From Candidatus Marinacidobacterales bacterium (GTDB lineage: Bacteria > Acidobacteriota > Vicinamibacteria > Marinacidobacterales > DATDRI01), in NCBI GenBank assembly GCA_965219415.1, contig CBDCNP010000002.1:4448001-4512000 (forward strand): a stretch of 64,000 nucleotides of DNA, given 5' to 3'. Under the pieces are notes generated by a model that saw nothing but the letters and a program-made list of their open reading frames with translations, was not told the origin of the DNA and did not search any database. Position numbers and translations under genes: made by a program. This document shows, in pieces, positions 34,711-47,229 of the stretch (positions are counted from its first letter, which is position 1; each line of letters begins with the position of its first letter).

Positions 34711-35996
34711 TGTCCATCATCATTATTAATCCGGGACTGGACTCTAGGGCCCGGACCGCCCTCGAGCACATGCTGGAGAGCGTGGTCAGCGCGCGAGGGA
34801 AGGTGCTGAGGACGAACTTCTCGGCGACCAGCCGAGTAACGCGAGCGACCAAGCTGACTCAGGCTGCCTCTCGCCACTCGTATCGATGGTGCAGTCCACC
34901 GACTCGCGGCAGTGCGACTACTTTCGCCGTAGGAGACGGTCGGTGCGTGACCGTTCTCAAGCTCGGTGTGTCCTTGTTCAGCCCCAAGTGGCAACGGTCC
35001 TCATGATAGTAGCTGATGTAAGCTCGCACGAGCCGGATGAGATGACATGCACCGAGAACCACGACGTGCTCAAGGAGCTCGCGACGGCAGCTGCCGACCC
35101 ACCGCTCCGCGGTTCCGTTTTGCCATGGGCTGCGAAACGAAGTGCGAACGGGTTTTGTGCCCGTTGCCTTGATGAACTCGATGACCGCAGCGTTAAAGAT
35201 GAAGTCGCGATCGAAGATGAGATATCTCGGAGCGGTGTCGTAGGGAAACGCCTCGCGTAGTTGCTGAATAACCCAAGCAGACGTCGGGTGGAACGTGGCG
35301 TTGAAGTGAACGATGTGCCGGCGACCGTGCTCGATGACGAAGAAGCCGTACAGCAGCCGGAGCGACGCGGTGGGCACGGTGAACAGATCCATGGCGGCGA
35401 TATCGTCTTTATGGTTGCGCAAGAAAGCCATCCATCGTTTCAGCTGGTCGGGCTCCGCGGGACGCCGCGGCAGGTATCGCGACACCGTGCTCTCGGAGAT
35501 GATGAAACCGAGCTTGGTGAGCTCAGCATGGATGCGTGGCGCCCCCCAGCCGTCTTGCGCCATCGTGCGGACGAGGCGACGAATCTCAGCATCAATCCGA
35601 GGCCGACCGGGATGGCAGCGCTGCGAGATATTTGCCCAGTACCGTCGGAATCGGTCGCGATGCCAACGGGCTACGGTGTCCGCGTGGACGATGAGCAGGC
35701 GGCTCGCCCACACGGGCCACGAACCTCGAAGGGCAACCCAGAAAGCCCGTTCCGTGTCGTCGAGCGGTGGGCGTGGGCGCTCTTTCTTCAGCGCCGTCAC
35801 TTGCTGCCGCAAAGCGACGTTCTCCAACACCAGGTCGGCGCGGCGCCGACACATCGCCCGAATGGCACGGACGCCAAGTGAGACGAGGAAGACAACAACG
35901 TTGAGCATAGCGGCGGAGTTTCGCCGTCTTCGGCCCGGAATTCAAGCGGAGCGTAAGTCCTTGATTTCGTGGGCGGAGCAGTTTTGACGATGCACA
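34711..35996 (-). mobile_element. 1286-bp IS481-like element F, copy 1 (CDS 34859-35908)
   Basis: TGT..ACA ends, 349-aa rve DDE protein (MDLF, DRD, AERW, GGLHHRY). Confidence 0.88.
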
Positions 35997-36745
35997 AGTC
36001 CACGGGCCGCTGGATCCACCCGACCGGCACACGGACCTGTACCGTGGCGCACCGGTTCCCTGCTCGCCCGGGTGCCAGGATACGCTAAAGGGCAAGCCAG
36101 CCCTGACGCTGACCAAGCCCCCGAGTCCCGGAGACGGACTCTCTGATGAAGCTATCCGCAAAAAATTGAGACTTCTGAAGTCGGTCGACGAGGGTGTGGG
36201 ACGGATTCTCAGGACGCTGGCGCAGGAAGGAGTCCTAGACCAAACAGCCGTCATTCTCACGAGCGACAACGGGTTCTTCTTGCGGGAGCACGGTCTGCGT
36301 GACAAGCGCTGGGCATACGAGGAAGCGATCCGCATTCCACTCCTCGTGCGTTACCCTCCGCTCACACGTCCAGGGGCGAGAATCGACCAGATCGTCCTGA
36401 ACGTGGACTTGGCCCCTACGCTGCTTGAACTTGGGGGTGTGCCCGTTCCTGCCGAGGTGCACGGTCGTTCGTTTTTGCCGCTCCTGAAAGGAAAGAAGGA
36501 AGGGTGGAGGGACATGTTCGCGGCCGAGTATTTCAGAGAGAGCCGTTTCCCACGCACCCCTACATGGGAAGCGCTCCGAACGGAGCGCTGGAAATACATT
36601 CGATACCCTGAGTTGGGTATGGAATACGATGAACTCTACAATCTACGGAGCGATCCCTACGAACTCCGGAACGTGGTGAACGATATGAGATTGACAGACC
36701 TGCTGGAAAGACTTCGGAAAAGGCTGACTCGGCTTCTAACATTTC
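35997..36745 (+). pseudogene. Sulfatase C-terminal fragment
   Basis: VDEGVGRI, TSDNG, DKRWAYEE.IRIPL, NVDLAPT, ELYNL..DP.E. Confidence 0.85.
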
Positions 36746-37052
36746 CTCCGCGTGCTGCCTTCGACGATTCAGCCCTCAGCAGCAGCTCACCGGTGCTTCT
36801 GCTATCAAGTGTTGCACTGACGGCTTCGACTACTCTACTCGCTGAAAGTTCTGGCCATGGCCAAGACCGCTGTGAGGCCGTCTCCGGTTGTACTCTCGTG
36901 TCTCGAGTTGGTCGTGAGGTCAAAATATTCATGCGGCTTCCCGATGGTAGAAACGTAGCAACCCCGTGAGGTATCAGCCCTTGTCAGCACCGAACGACTG
37001 AGATACAACGTGGTACTAACCATGGGGTCAGGTCACCTTTCACGGACAGGAG

Positions 37053-38053
37053 GGTGCTTCCGCCATCAAGTGTTGCTACGCGGCCGCGGGCAGTGGTACA
37101 GGTGCGGAAGAGAGCGGGTTGCGCGCCCCAGTGAGCACGAAAACCTCGATCCGCGACCACAAAGGAATCGTCGTCACCAAGAAGATGTCTCGAAAGGTGA
37201 GCCGTCGCGTGGTCAGACCGGCCTGCATAGCCGGAGTTCGGATCTCACGTCCGAACTTCAGAGCTCCGTGCGGTCGGACGAAGTTGTAATAGCAACGGAG
37301 CAACTCCAGGTGCTCATTGAGCCTCTCCGTCGAGCGAGCGTGAGAAAGTATTCGTCTCGAAAGGTATGCCGAGCTTTGCCGGATGGTCAGATTCAACCGC
37401 TCGATGAACGACGTGTTCAATGTCGAGGAGTCCTCGGAGTTATTGAGCGCGTCTTCAAATCGCCACGCGGCTCCGTGCAGCGCTCTCCGTTCGACCTTGA
37501 TGATGCGATCGTTCCTGCGCGTTTTTAGGACCTGGCCGTAGAGACACGCTGGACCGAAGAAGCGACGGATGACTTTCTGGTAGAATTCGAATCCATCCGT
37601 GACGATCAGGGGAAGACGTCCGAAATTCATCCGTCTCGAAAGGTCGCAAAACAGAGCGTGAGTGTTCCGGTAGCTTCGCCTTCCCGTCACCGTCGATGGC
37701 CAGAGCCGAGACCAGACTTCGATTGTAACGAAGACCCAACTCGGTGTCTTCTTGTTGCCCGCGAACGTGCGAATCTCGTCGGCTTGAAGCTCTTCGGCAG
37801 CGAAGCCAGCGATCCTTCTGTGATTGAATCGACGACACACTTGGGCTGCCTTCTCGAGCCAGCGGGCGACGGTGTTCCAGGCAATCCCTTTGATCCGGGA
37901 AATCGAGGAAATGCTGACACCCTCGACTCTGAGAGCGATGACCCCATCGAAAATAGCTCTTCGATGTTGGAGACGGTAGTAGGGCGTGCCTTTCGTCGAG
38001 GAGAACGTCTTTCCGCACTCGCCGCACCGGTATCGAAGGCGTTTCCCGGACCT
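37053..38053 (-). mobile_element. IS1-type element, 5'-truncated
   Basis: YRCGECGKTF, ELQADE, TDG, IERLN, YNFVRPH; right end C at 37053. Confidence 0.8.
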
Positions 38054-38063
38054 CGTCCTGTGC

Positions 38064-38883
38064 GGTGCTTCCGCCATCAAGTGTTGCTACGCGGCTGCGG
38101 GCAGTGGTACAGGTGCGGAAGAGACCGGGTTGCGCGCCCTACTGAGCACGAAAACCTCGATCCGCGACCACAAAGGAATCGTCATCGCCAAGAAGATGTC
38201 TCGAAAGGTGAGCCGTCGCGTGGTCAGACCAGCCTGCATAGCCGGAGTTCGGATCTCACGTCCGAACTTCAGAGCTCCGTGCGGTCGGACGAAGTTGTAA
38301 TAGCAACGGAGCAACTCCAGGTGCTCATCGAGCCTCTCCGTCGAGCGAGCGTGGGAAAGCGTTCGTCTCGAAAGGTATGCCGAGCTTTGCCGGATGGTCA
38401 GATTCAACCGCTCGATGAACGACGTGTTCAATGTCGAGGAGTCCTCGGAGTTATTGAGCGCGTCTTCGAATCGCCACGCGGCTCCGTGCAGCGCTCTGCG
38501 TTCGACCTTGATGATACGATCGTTCCTGCGCGTCTTGAGGACCTGGCCGTAGAGACACGCTGGACCGAAGAAGCGACGGATGACCTTCTGGTAGAATTCG
38601 AATCCATCCGTGACGATCAAGGGAAGACGCTCGAAATTCATCCGCCTCGAAAGGTCGCGAAACAGAGCGTGAGTGTTCCGGTAGCTTCGCCTTCCCGTCA
38701 CCGTCGATGGCCAGAGCCGAGACCAGACCTCGATCGTAACGAAGACCCAACTCGGCGTCTTCTTGTTGCCCGCGAACGTGCGAATCTCGTCGGCTTGAAG
38801 CTCTTCGGCAGCGAAGCCGGCGATCCTTCTGTGATTGAATCGACGACACACTTGGGCTGCCTTCTCGAGCCAACGGGCGACGG
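38064..38883 (-). mobile_element. IS1-type element, tandem copy cut by A-B MITE
   Basis: Near-identical to preceding copy. Confidence 0.8.
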
Positions 38884-39030
38884 CGTCCTGTGCCAAAACT
38901 CGGCCCTTTTGAAATAGACCACAAATCAGCAGCTTAGACGCCCTTGGAATCCGCGCAGAATCCAGGGTATTTCGCGCCGCAGGGCTGACTTCCGACCCAT
39001 GGGCTGGCGGATGAATAAATAGAAGGCACA

Positions 39031-39693
39031 CCCGGGTCCTGCGCCTGATGCGGGACGCGCAGCTGCTGGCGCCCCAGCGGCAAGCGGCGCCCGTCGTCGA
39101 GAAGGCGCATACCGGAACCATCGTGACCGAGCGCCCGAATCAGATGTGGGGCATTGACGCCACGGCCACCGTGACGATCGAGGCGGGCCAGGTCACCGTG
39201 TTCGCCGCGGTCGATCATTGCACTGCGGAGTGTGTCGGCATCCATGCGGTCAAACGGGCGACTCGTTTTCAGGCCCTGGATCCGATCCGGCAAGGCGTTA
39301 ACGAGCACTTCGGCGGCTTTCACGCCCATGGCGCGACAGGACTCCAGCTTCGCCACGATCAACGGATCGCAGTTCATGAGAGATGACTTTCAGAACGAAA
39401 TCCGGTTCCTCGGGATCGAGTCCTCGCCCGCCTTTGTCCGTGAACCCGAGGGCAACGGCTGCATCGAACGTCTTTTCAAAACGCTCAAGGAACAATTGCT
39501 CTGGGTTCGCCACTTCCGTTCCATACCGGAACTGTTTCACGCCCTTCAGGAGTTCCGCGCTCTCTACAACCGATCCTGGTTGATCGAGCGCCTTGGATTT
39601 CAATCTCCGGTTCAGGCGCGAGAACGTCTTGCGCTCGAACCGGCTGCTTGATTATAGTGGGCTTATTCTGTCCAAGAAATCAGGGGCGCAACA
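39031..39693 (+). pseudogene. IS3/IS481-like integrase 3' fragment with right end
   Basis: PNQMWGIDAT, NGCIERLFKTLKE; frameshift near 39360. Confidence 0.75.
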
Positions 39694-39844
39694 GACTTAC
39701 GCTCCATTTAGCGCGCAGCGAAGGTCACCAGCGCTATTTTGGCTGTAATTTAATGCACCGTAAGGGTCTTAGCGCTATCTCACCAACACTTAATTGCGGG
39801 AGCAACCTTAGAGTCCGATGGGTTCCGACCGATGTGCCGATTCC

Positions 39845-40534
39845 TTACCGGCGGATCAATTCGTCGAGCCAGTCTCGCAATAGATCGGTCTGAAATTCCT
39901 TGCCGAAGCGACGAAACAACTCCTGGCTGGCACAAATCGCAAGGCTCCTTGGTTCTGCGACCAGCTCGCCGCTCGGTACGTCGAACTTCTTTGAAAACTC
40001 TCGAATGCGAGCCCTTTGCGTATCAATAAAATCGCGCGTGATACTGCTAACGACCAAATCCCTGCCCTTTAGACCTCCAAACGTGATGTCGACATGCATC
40101 CGGTCATCACCCGCGCCGGTATTGGAAAGTCTGGCAGCGAATTCGAAGATCTCCACTAACGTCAAGAGAGTGTCTTCAATTACCAGAAGATCACCGCGGC
40201 GCCAGTTCTTATCCGCTGGCCAGAGATCAGATTGATCTCGCCAGTCGTGACAGATGCCACGCAGGGATAGGAACAGTCCTGACTGGTACAGGCGCCACCA
40301 TTCGAGATGGTGCCTCCACTCGCTCTCCTGTTCCACGAAGTCGATGTCGGGAACAGGATCGGGTGTACTGGGGTCTATATGAGGATAATCCCAGCCACGC
40401 AACAAGACCTTGCACCTTTGAACAATTTGAAACAGTGATGTGATCGGCTGAACCCGATCGACCACGAAGCAACCGGGGTGAATGCTCACCTCGACGTATC
40501 CCGCCGTCTTGATCTTTTGCGTTAGATCACTCAT
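39845..40534 (-). CDS. Hypothetical protein coupled to AlbA_2 gene
   Basis: Start overlaps upstream stop; LRGWDYPH, EWWRLYQSG. Confidence 0.7.
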   Translation of the reverse strand: MSDLTQKIKTAGYVEVSIHPGCFVVDRVQPITSLFQIVQRCKVLLRGWDYPHIDPSTPDPVPDIDFVEQESEWRHHLEWWRLYQSGLFLSLRGICHDWRDQSDLWPADKNWRRGDLLVIEDTLLTLVEIFEFAARLSNTGAGDDRMHVDITFGGLKGRDLVVSSITRDFIDTQRARIREFSKKFDVPSGELVAEPRSLAICASQELFRRFGKEFQTDLLRDWLDELIRR

Positions 40535-41156
40535 TGAGGGCCTGAGCCTTCTGAGCTGCGAAGCGCTCAGCATCGGTAGCGAGCGCGGCTCCGGTCGCTT
40601 CGATCCCAGCTCCTCTCACGCGTATCAAGAACTCCCGTACTCCCTTTTCGACCGCTAGATCCAACAACTCTCTGAAATGGACGTAGTCGGCAACTGCCGT
40701 GGTAGCAGGGAGCTGATTGCTTCGGACATAACAGGCGCCCGCGCGCAGGATCTCGGCACCCCCAGGCGCGAGAACTGGTTTTCTACAAAGTACCGGCACG
40801 GTCTCGAATTCGTGGATCGTCAGGATTGCTATTGTTCGACCCTGGCTAGGTCCCGCCGCAATGACCATGACTTCTGTATCGACTCGAACAAACGGATCGG
40901 CGTAGCTAGCAAGAGAAGCCCGAACAGCATCTGCGTTCCGCCAGGTGTCTGCCTGGGCCGGAGTCAACCCTTGTATTTGATGGTTGTCCGAAACACCAAT
41001 GAGCACAAGGCCGCCGTCACGCTTATTCGTCATCCCTAGAACCGCGCGCGCGACTTCAGCTAATTGATGGCGATTCGTTCGAGATCTCGGTCCCTTGAAC
41101 TCCACACCACGCCGTTCACCAATGGCGACAAGCTCGATGAGTTCTTGGTCTGTCAT
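40527..41156 (-). CDS. AlbA_2/Schlafen-domain protein
   Basis: E...VEFK, AV.GMTN..GG.VLIGV.D, YVRS. Confidence 0.85.
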   Translation of the reverse strand: MTDQELIELVAIGERRGVEFKGPRSRTNRHQLAEVARAVLGMTNKRDGGLVLIGVSDNHQIQGLTPAQADTWRNADAVRASLASYADPFVRVDTEVMVIAAGPSQGRTIAILTIHEFETVPVLCRKPVLAPGGAEILRAGACYVRSNQLPATTAVADYVHFRELLDLAVEKGVREFLIRVRGAGIEATGAALATDAERFAAQKAQALNE

Positions 41157-41217
41157 CGTTGGGAATATTGCTCTGGCAGATAATATAACCCGAACATTTT
41201 TACTTGCTAAAGTGAAC

Positions 41218-41333
41218 TGAACCGCCCCGGGTTTTCCGGAGACTGTTTTAGTTGAGTCTCGCCATCTCTAGCGAGCCTTCCTGCGACCGATAGTAGTTCA
41301 TCTCGTACTCGACGGGGGAGACATTTCCGATCG
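41218..41333 (-). mobile_element. IS3-family right-end fragment
   Basis: TGAACCGCCCCGGG end; IGNVSPVEYE..YY. Confidence 0.7.
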
Positions 41334-42618
41334 TGTCCATCATCATTATCTGTCCGGGACTGGACTCTAGGCCCGGACTGCCCTCGAGCACATGCTGGAG
41401 AGCGTGGTCAGCGCGCGAGGGAAGGTGCTGAGGACGAACTTCTCGGCGACCAGCCGAATAACGCGAGCGACCAAGCTGACTCAGGCTGCCTCTCGCCACT
41501 CGTATCGATGGTGCAATCCACCGACTCGCGGCAGTGCGACTACTTTCGCCGTAGGAGATGGTCGGTGCGTGACCGCTCTCAAGCTCGGTGTGTCCTTGTT
41601 CAGCCCCAAGTGGCAACGGTCCTCGTGATAGTAGCTGATGTAAGCTTGCACGAGCCGGATGAGATGACATGCGCCGAGAACCACGACGTGCTCAAGGAGC
41701 TCGTGACGGCAGCTGCCGACCCACCGCTCCGCAGTTCCGTTTTGCCATGGGCTGCGAAACGAAGTGCGAACGGGTTTTGTGCCCGTTGCTTTGATGAACT
41801 CGATGACCGCAGCGCTAAAGATGAAGTCGCGATCGAAGATGAGATATTTCGGAGCAGTGTCGTAGGGAAACGCCTCACGCAGTTGCTGAATAACCCAAGC
41901 AGACGTCGGGTGGAACGTGGCGTTGAAGTGAACGATGTGCCGACGGCCGTGCTCGATGACGAAGAAGCCATACAGCAACCGGAGCGAAGCAGTGGGCACG
42001 GTGAACAGATCCATGGCGGCGATATCGTCTTTATGGTTGCGCAAGAAAGCCATCCATCGCTTCAGCTGGTCGGGCTCCGCAGGATGCCGCGGTAGGTATC
42101 GCGACACCGTAATCTCGGAGATGATGAAACCGAGCTTGGTGAGCTCAGCATGGATGCGTGGCGCCCCCCAGCCGTCTTGCGCCATCGTGCGGACGAGGCG
42201 GCGAATCTCGGCATCAATCCGAGGCCGACCGGGATGGCGGCGCTGCGACATCTTTGCCCAGTACCGTCGGAATCGGTCGCGATGCCAACGGGCCACGGTG
42301 TCCGCGTGGACGATGAGCAGGCGGCTCGCCCACACGGGCCACGAACCTCGAAGAGCAACCCAGAAAGCCCGTTCCGTGTCTCCGAGCGGTGGGCGTGGGC
42401 GCTCTTTCTTCAGCGCCGCCACTTGCTGCCGCAAAGCGACGTTCTCCAACACCAGGTCGGCGCGGCGCCGACACATCGCCCGAATGGCACGGACACCAAG
42501 TGAGACGAGGAAGACAACAACGTTGAGCATAGCGGCGGAGTTTCGCCGTCTTCGGCCCGGAATTCAAGCGGAGCGTAAGTCCTTGATTTCGTGGGCGGAG
42601 CAGTTTTGACGATGCACA
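41334..42618 (-). mobile_element. Element F copy 2 (CDS 41481-42530)
   Basis: Near-identical to 34711-35996. Confidence 0.88.
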
Positions 42619-42961
42619 GGTAGAGAATTCCAGTATCTACCTAGAGGAGTTCGCGCGCACCATGGTCGGGCAAGAGGAGCTTCACCAGATGGAGCTCAAG
42701 AAGATGCTCCGCGACTACAGCGAGGCGTCCGGCACCGACTAGCCATCTCCGCATTTCGTCGATGTCCCTGGTTCGAAGCTTTTTCTACGTGTGGGAGAAG
42801 CGGCTCGCGCGGTCGAGGGCTACACACCAACATCTCCATCGACCAACTTGCCGATCGCGTCGTGTCCAAAAACACAAACATACTCAAGACCCACGCGCCG
42901 GGGACGCATAAGGGGAAGATTTTGTATTGCAGTAGGTTACATCAGATTCTAATATCACCGG
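42619..42961 (+). repeat. Duplicate of 4039-4380 (bacterioferritin 3' end plus D end)
   Basis: Near-identical direct repeat. Confidence 0.9.
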
Positions 42962-43049
42962 GCTTCAGCTTGCGCCAAGCTGTGCATAAGTGCCGTCCTC
43001 GCACGACGACGTGGACGAGCCCGCAACAGTAAATGGAGCAAGCACCCCT

Positions 43050-43304
43050 GGAGTTGCTCCGTTGCTATTACAACTTCGTCCGACCGCACGGAGCTCTGAA
43101 GTTCGGACGTGAGATCCGAACTCCGGCTATGCAGGCCGGTCTCACCACGCGACGGCTCACCTTTCGAGACATCTTCTTGGCGACGACGATTCCTTTGTGG
43201 TCGCGGATCGAGGTTTTCCTGCTCAGTAGGGCGCGCAACCCGGTCTCTTCCGCACCTGTACCACTGCCCGCAGCCGCGTAGCAACACTTGATGGCGGAAG
43301 CACC
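43050..43304 (+). mobile_element. IS1-type 3' fragment with C end
   Basis: LELLRCYYNFVRPH..PAAA. Confidence 0.8.
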
Positions 43305-43404
43305 GGTTGTGCTCTGCGAAAAGTCGATCCAGCGTTGATTGCGAGGTTTAGACCTGCTATGGTCGGCTGATTCTGGCTGATCTTCTTTTTTGTGGATCAC
43401 AACC
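43305..43404. mobile_element. About 100-bp MITE with GGTTGTG..CACAACC ends
   Basis: Imperfect IR; related half copies near 17638-17693 and 22905-22962. Confidence 0.55.
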
Positions 43405-43473
43405 AATCCACGTCGTCCTCAACTGGTTCGAAGAGCTCAAGCGACTCGTCCCCACCAATTAGCCTAAACAAAG

Positions 43474-43803
43474 TCAGCTTGCACATCCTGTAGCTATGTT
43501 GAGGGCCTGGCAAACCGCAGTCATCTTCTCTGGCCCGACGCTGCCGATAAAGCGTTTGAGGCGCGCTTTGTCCACGGTCTGCACGTGATCAAGGTTTATC
43601 GCCGATTCTCTCTTCAAGCCTTCGTCGGTCCCAACGATGACTTCACTGGGGGCTCCATGCATCGTCGAGGTGATTGGGGCGACCATGACGGTCCGCAGCA
43701 TTTCAATAACTTCTTGTCGGGTGAGCACCAAAACCGGGCGTCGTTTGTCCGGCGGCGCGAACGTGAACATCCAAATCTCACCGCGATTCAGTCGAGAGGC
43801 CAT
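43474..43803 (-). CDS. PemK/MazF family toxin
   Basis: RGEIW, KRRPVLVLT, VAPITS, NLDHVQTV. Confidence 0.93.
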   Translation of the reverse strand: MASRLNRGEIWMFTFAPPDKRRPVLVLTRQEVIEMLRTVMVAPITSTMHGAPSEVIVGTDEGLKRESAINLDHVQTVDKARLKRFIGSVGPEKMTAVCQALNIATGCAS

Positions 43804-44021
43804 TCGCCCTGCTCCTCCCAACCCTTGTATTCCTCGCCGAGACCACCTTCCTTGCCATAGGCTTGGCGGTACTGATCTGCGATGGAGCGTCGCCGTCGCC
43901 GCCGGATGTACTCCTTGACGGCACGGCGCAGTACGGCGGACCGTCCCTCACGCGTCACTTCTTCGCTGTTGTCGAGCTCCGCGAGCAACTGCTCGTCGAA
44001 AGTCACCTGTATAGCTTTCAT
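43788..44021 (-). CDS. CopG/RHH antitoxin
   Basis: KAIQVTFDE.LL.ELD..RSAVLRRAV; overlaps toxin. Confidence 0.88.
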   Translation of the reverse strand: MKAIQVTFDEQLLAELDNSEEVTREGRSAVLRRAVKEYIRRRRRRSIADQYRQAYGKEGGLGEEYKGWEEQGEWPLD

Positions 44022-44250
44022 GTGGGTATTCTATATTGTATATAGATGTTGGTCAATTGCTTGCTGGAAGCAAGCGATACGCGTCTGGTCAAAATAATCG
44101 AACGCCCAGCGGGTCAGCAGTTTGCACCTTTCCAAAGGCCGCTTGAATCAGCCATTGCGGTCGGATACGTATTCCAGTTCAGCGGGAAGAATCATCAAAG
44201 CAAGGAGAATCTGCTGCTGTTCCCAGCTAGCGACCAGTTACCTCAGTCCG

Positions 44251-45205
44251 GGTGCTTCCGCCATCAAGTGTTGCTACGCGGCTGCGGGCAGTGGTACAGG
44301 TGCGGAAGAGACCGGGTTGCGCACCCTAGTGAGCCAGAAAACCTCGATCCGCAACCACAAAGGAATCGTCGTCGCCAAGAAGATGTCTCGAAAGGTGAGC
44401 CGTCGCGTGGTCAGACCAGCCTGCATAGCCGGAGTTCGGATCTCACGTCCGAACTTCAGAGCTCCGTGCGGTCGGACGAAGTTGTAATAGCAACGGAGCA
44501 ACTCCAGGTGCTCATCGAGCCTCTCCGTCGAGCGAGCGTGGGAAAGTGTTCGTCTCGAAAGGTATGCCGAGCTTTGCCGGATGATCAGATTCAACCGCTC
44601 GATGAACGACGTGTTCAATGTCGAGGAGTCCTCGGAGTTATTGAGCGCGTCTTCGAATCGCCACGCGGCTCCGTGCAGCGCTCTCCGTTCGACCTTGATG
44701 ATACGATCGTTCCTGCGCGTTTTTAGGACCTGGCCGTAGAGACACGCTGGACCGAAGAAGCGACGGATGACCTTCTGGTAGAATTCGAATCCATCCGTGA
44801 CGATCAAGGGAAGACGCTCGAAATTCATCCGCCTCGAAAGGTCGCGAAACAGAGCGTGAGTGTTCCGGTAGCTTCGCCTTCCCGTCACCGTCGATGGCCA
44901 GAGCCGAGACCAGACCTCGATTGTAACGAAGACCCAACTCGGCGTCTTCTTGTTGCCCGCGAACGTGCGAATCTCGTCGGCTTGAAGCTCTTCGGCAGCG
45001 AAGCCGGCGATCCTTCTGTGATTGAATCGACGACACACTTGGGCTGCCTTCTCAAGCCAGCGGGCGACGGTGTTCCAGGCAATCCCTTTGATCCGGGAAA
45101 TCGCAGCAATGCTGACACCCTCGACTCTGAGAGCGATGACCCCATCGAAAGTAGCTCTTCGATGTTGGAGACGGTAGTAGGGCGTGCCTTTCGTCGAAGA
45201 GAACG
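44251..45205 (-). mobile_element. IS1-type element cut at its 5' side by element F
   Basis: Same transposase as 37076; C end at 44251. Confidence 0.8.
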
Positions 45206-46491
45206 TGTGCATCGTCAAAACTGCTCCGCCCACGAAATCAAGGACTTACGCTCCGCTTGAATTCCGGGCCGAAGACGGCGAAACTCCGCCGCTATGCTCA
45301 ACGTTGTTGTCTTCCTCGTCTCACTTGGCGTCCGTGCCATTCGGGCGATGTGTCGGCGCCGCGCCGACCTGGTGTTGGAGAACGTCGCTTTGCGGCAGCA
45401 AGTGACGGCGCTGAAGAAAGAGCGCCCACGCCCACCGCTCGACGACACGGAACGGGTTTTCTGGGTTGCCCTTCGAGGTTCGTGGCCCGTGTGGGCGAGC
45501 CGCCTGCTCATCGTCCACGCGGACACCGTAGCCCGTTGGCATCGCGATCGATTCCGACGGTACTGGGCAAATATCTCGCAGCGCCGCCATCCCGGTCGGC
45601 CTCGGATTGATGCCGAGATTCGTCGCCTCGTCCGCACGATGGCGCAAGACGGCTGGGGGGCGCCACGCATCCATGCTGAGCTCACCAAGCTCGGTTTCAT
45701 CATCTCCGAGATCACGGTGTCGCGATACCTGCCGCGGCGTCCCGCGGAGCCCGACCAGCTGAAACGATGGATGGCTTTCTTGCGCAACCATAAAGACGAT
45801 ATCGCCGCCATGGATCTGTTCACCGTGCCCACCGCGTCGCTCCGGCTGCTGTACGGCTTCTTCGTCATCGAGCACGGTCGCCGGCACATCGTTCACTTCA
45901 ACGCCACGTTCCACCCGACGTCTGCTTGGGTTATTCAGCAACTCCGCGAGGCGTTTCCCTACGACACCGCTCCGAGATATCTCATCTTCGATCGCGACTT
46001 CATCTTTAACACTGCGGTCATCGAGTTCATCAAGGCAACGGGCACAAAACCCGTTCGCACTTCGTTTCGCAGCCCATGGCAAAACGGAACCGCGGAGCGG
46101 TGGGTCGGCAGCTGCCGTCGCGAGCTCCTTGAGCACGTCGTGGTTCTCGGTGCATGTCATCTCATCCGGCTCGTGCGAGCTTACATCAGCTACTATCATG
46201 AGGACCGTTGCCACTTGGGGCTGAACAAGGACACACCGAGCTTGAGGACGGTCACGCACCGACCGTCTCCTACGGCGAAAGTCGTCGCACTGCCGCGAGT
46301 CGGTGGACTGCACCATCGATACGAGTGGCGAGAGGCAGCCTGAGTCAGCTTGGTCGCTCGCGTTACTCGGCTGGTCGCCGAGAAGTTCGTCCTCAGCACC
46401 TTCCCTCGCGCGCTGACCACGCTCTCCAGCATGTGCTCGAGGGCGGTCCGGGCCCTAGAGTCCAGTCCCGGATTAATAATGATGATGGACA
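45206..46491 (+). mobile_element. Element F copy 3 (CDS 45294-46343)
   Basis: 1286 bp, intact ORF. Confidence 0.88.
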
Positions 46492-46847
46492 ACTGGTTCT
46501 CGGTGAGCGATGAAGAACAGGAGCGTCGGTTCAAACAGCGCATCAAGGACCCCATGCGCCGCTGGAAGATCAGCGAGATGGACTTGAAATCGCGCGGGAA
46601 ATGGGTCGAGTACTCGATGGCCAAGGACGAGATGTTCAAATACACCGACATCAAGCAAGCGCCCTGGTTCGTCGTGCGTGCGGACGACAAGAAGCGGGCC
46701 CGACTCAATGTAATCGCTCACTTGCTAGATCAGATTCCCTACAATGAGCTCAAGGACCCCAAGATCAAATTGCCGGATCGCCAGGAGAACGTCGGTTACG
46801 TTCGGCCGCCGATCACCGAACAGACTTTTGTTCCCGAAGTGTACTAG
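46492..46847 (+). pseudogene. ppk2: Polyphosphate kinase 2 C-terminal fragment
   Basis: WFSVSDEEQ..RF, RWKIS.MD, APWFVV.ADDKKRARLN. Confidence 0.88.
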
Positions 46848-47229
46848 GAAGAAGAGACCATCTTAGAGGAGACCGGATGTCCCAATTGAAAAATTTGCGC
46901 ACTTCCCTTGTTCTCGTAGCCCTGCTTGCCGCCACGCCTTCCTTCGCCGGCGACGGCGAAATCACCGGCGGTGCTTGCGCCATTTACTGTTGGTGATGTG
47001 TGCGCATCCCTTTGCAAAAGAGGCGCTTACGCTCCATTTAGCGCGCAGCGAAGGTCACGAGCGCTATTTGGGCTGTAATTTAATGCACCATATAGCCTTA
47101 GCGTCATCTCACCAACACTTGATGGCGGAAGCACCGAAGTTGGCGCAAATAGAGTGCTGGATGATTTCGAGGTTTGGTCAATTCGAATTCCGCTGTGCCT
47201 TCTATTCATTCATCCGCGCGCACCGAACT

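Noticed and set aside
37658-38917. Long antisense ORFs over transposases and groEL, and ORFs starting in MITEs (MVYFKRAEFWHRT.., MAQDG..)
   Set aside because: Shadow frames in GC-rich DNA or read-through from repeats
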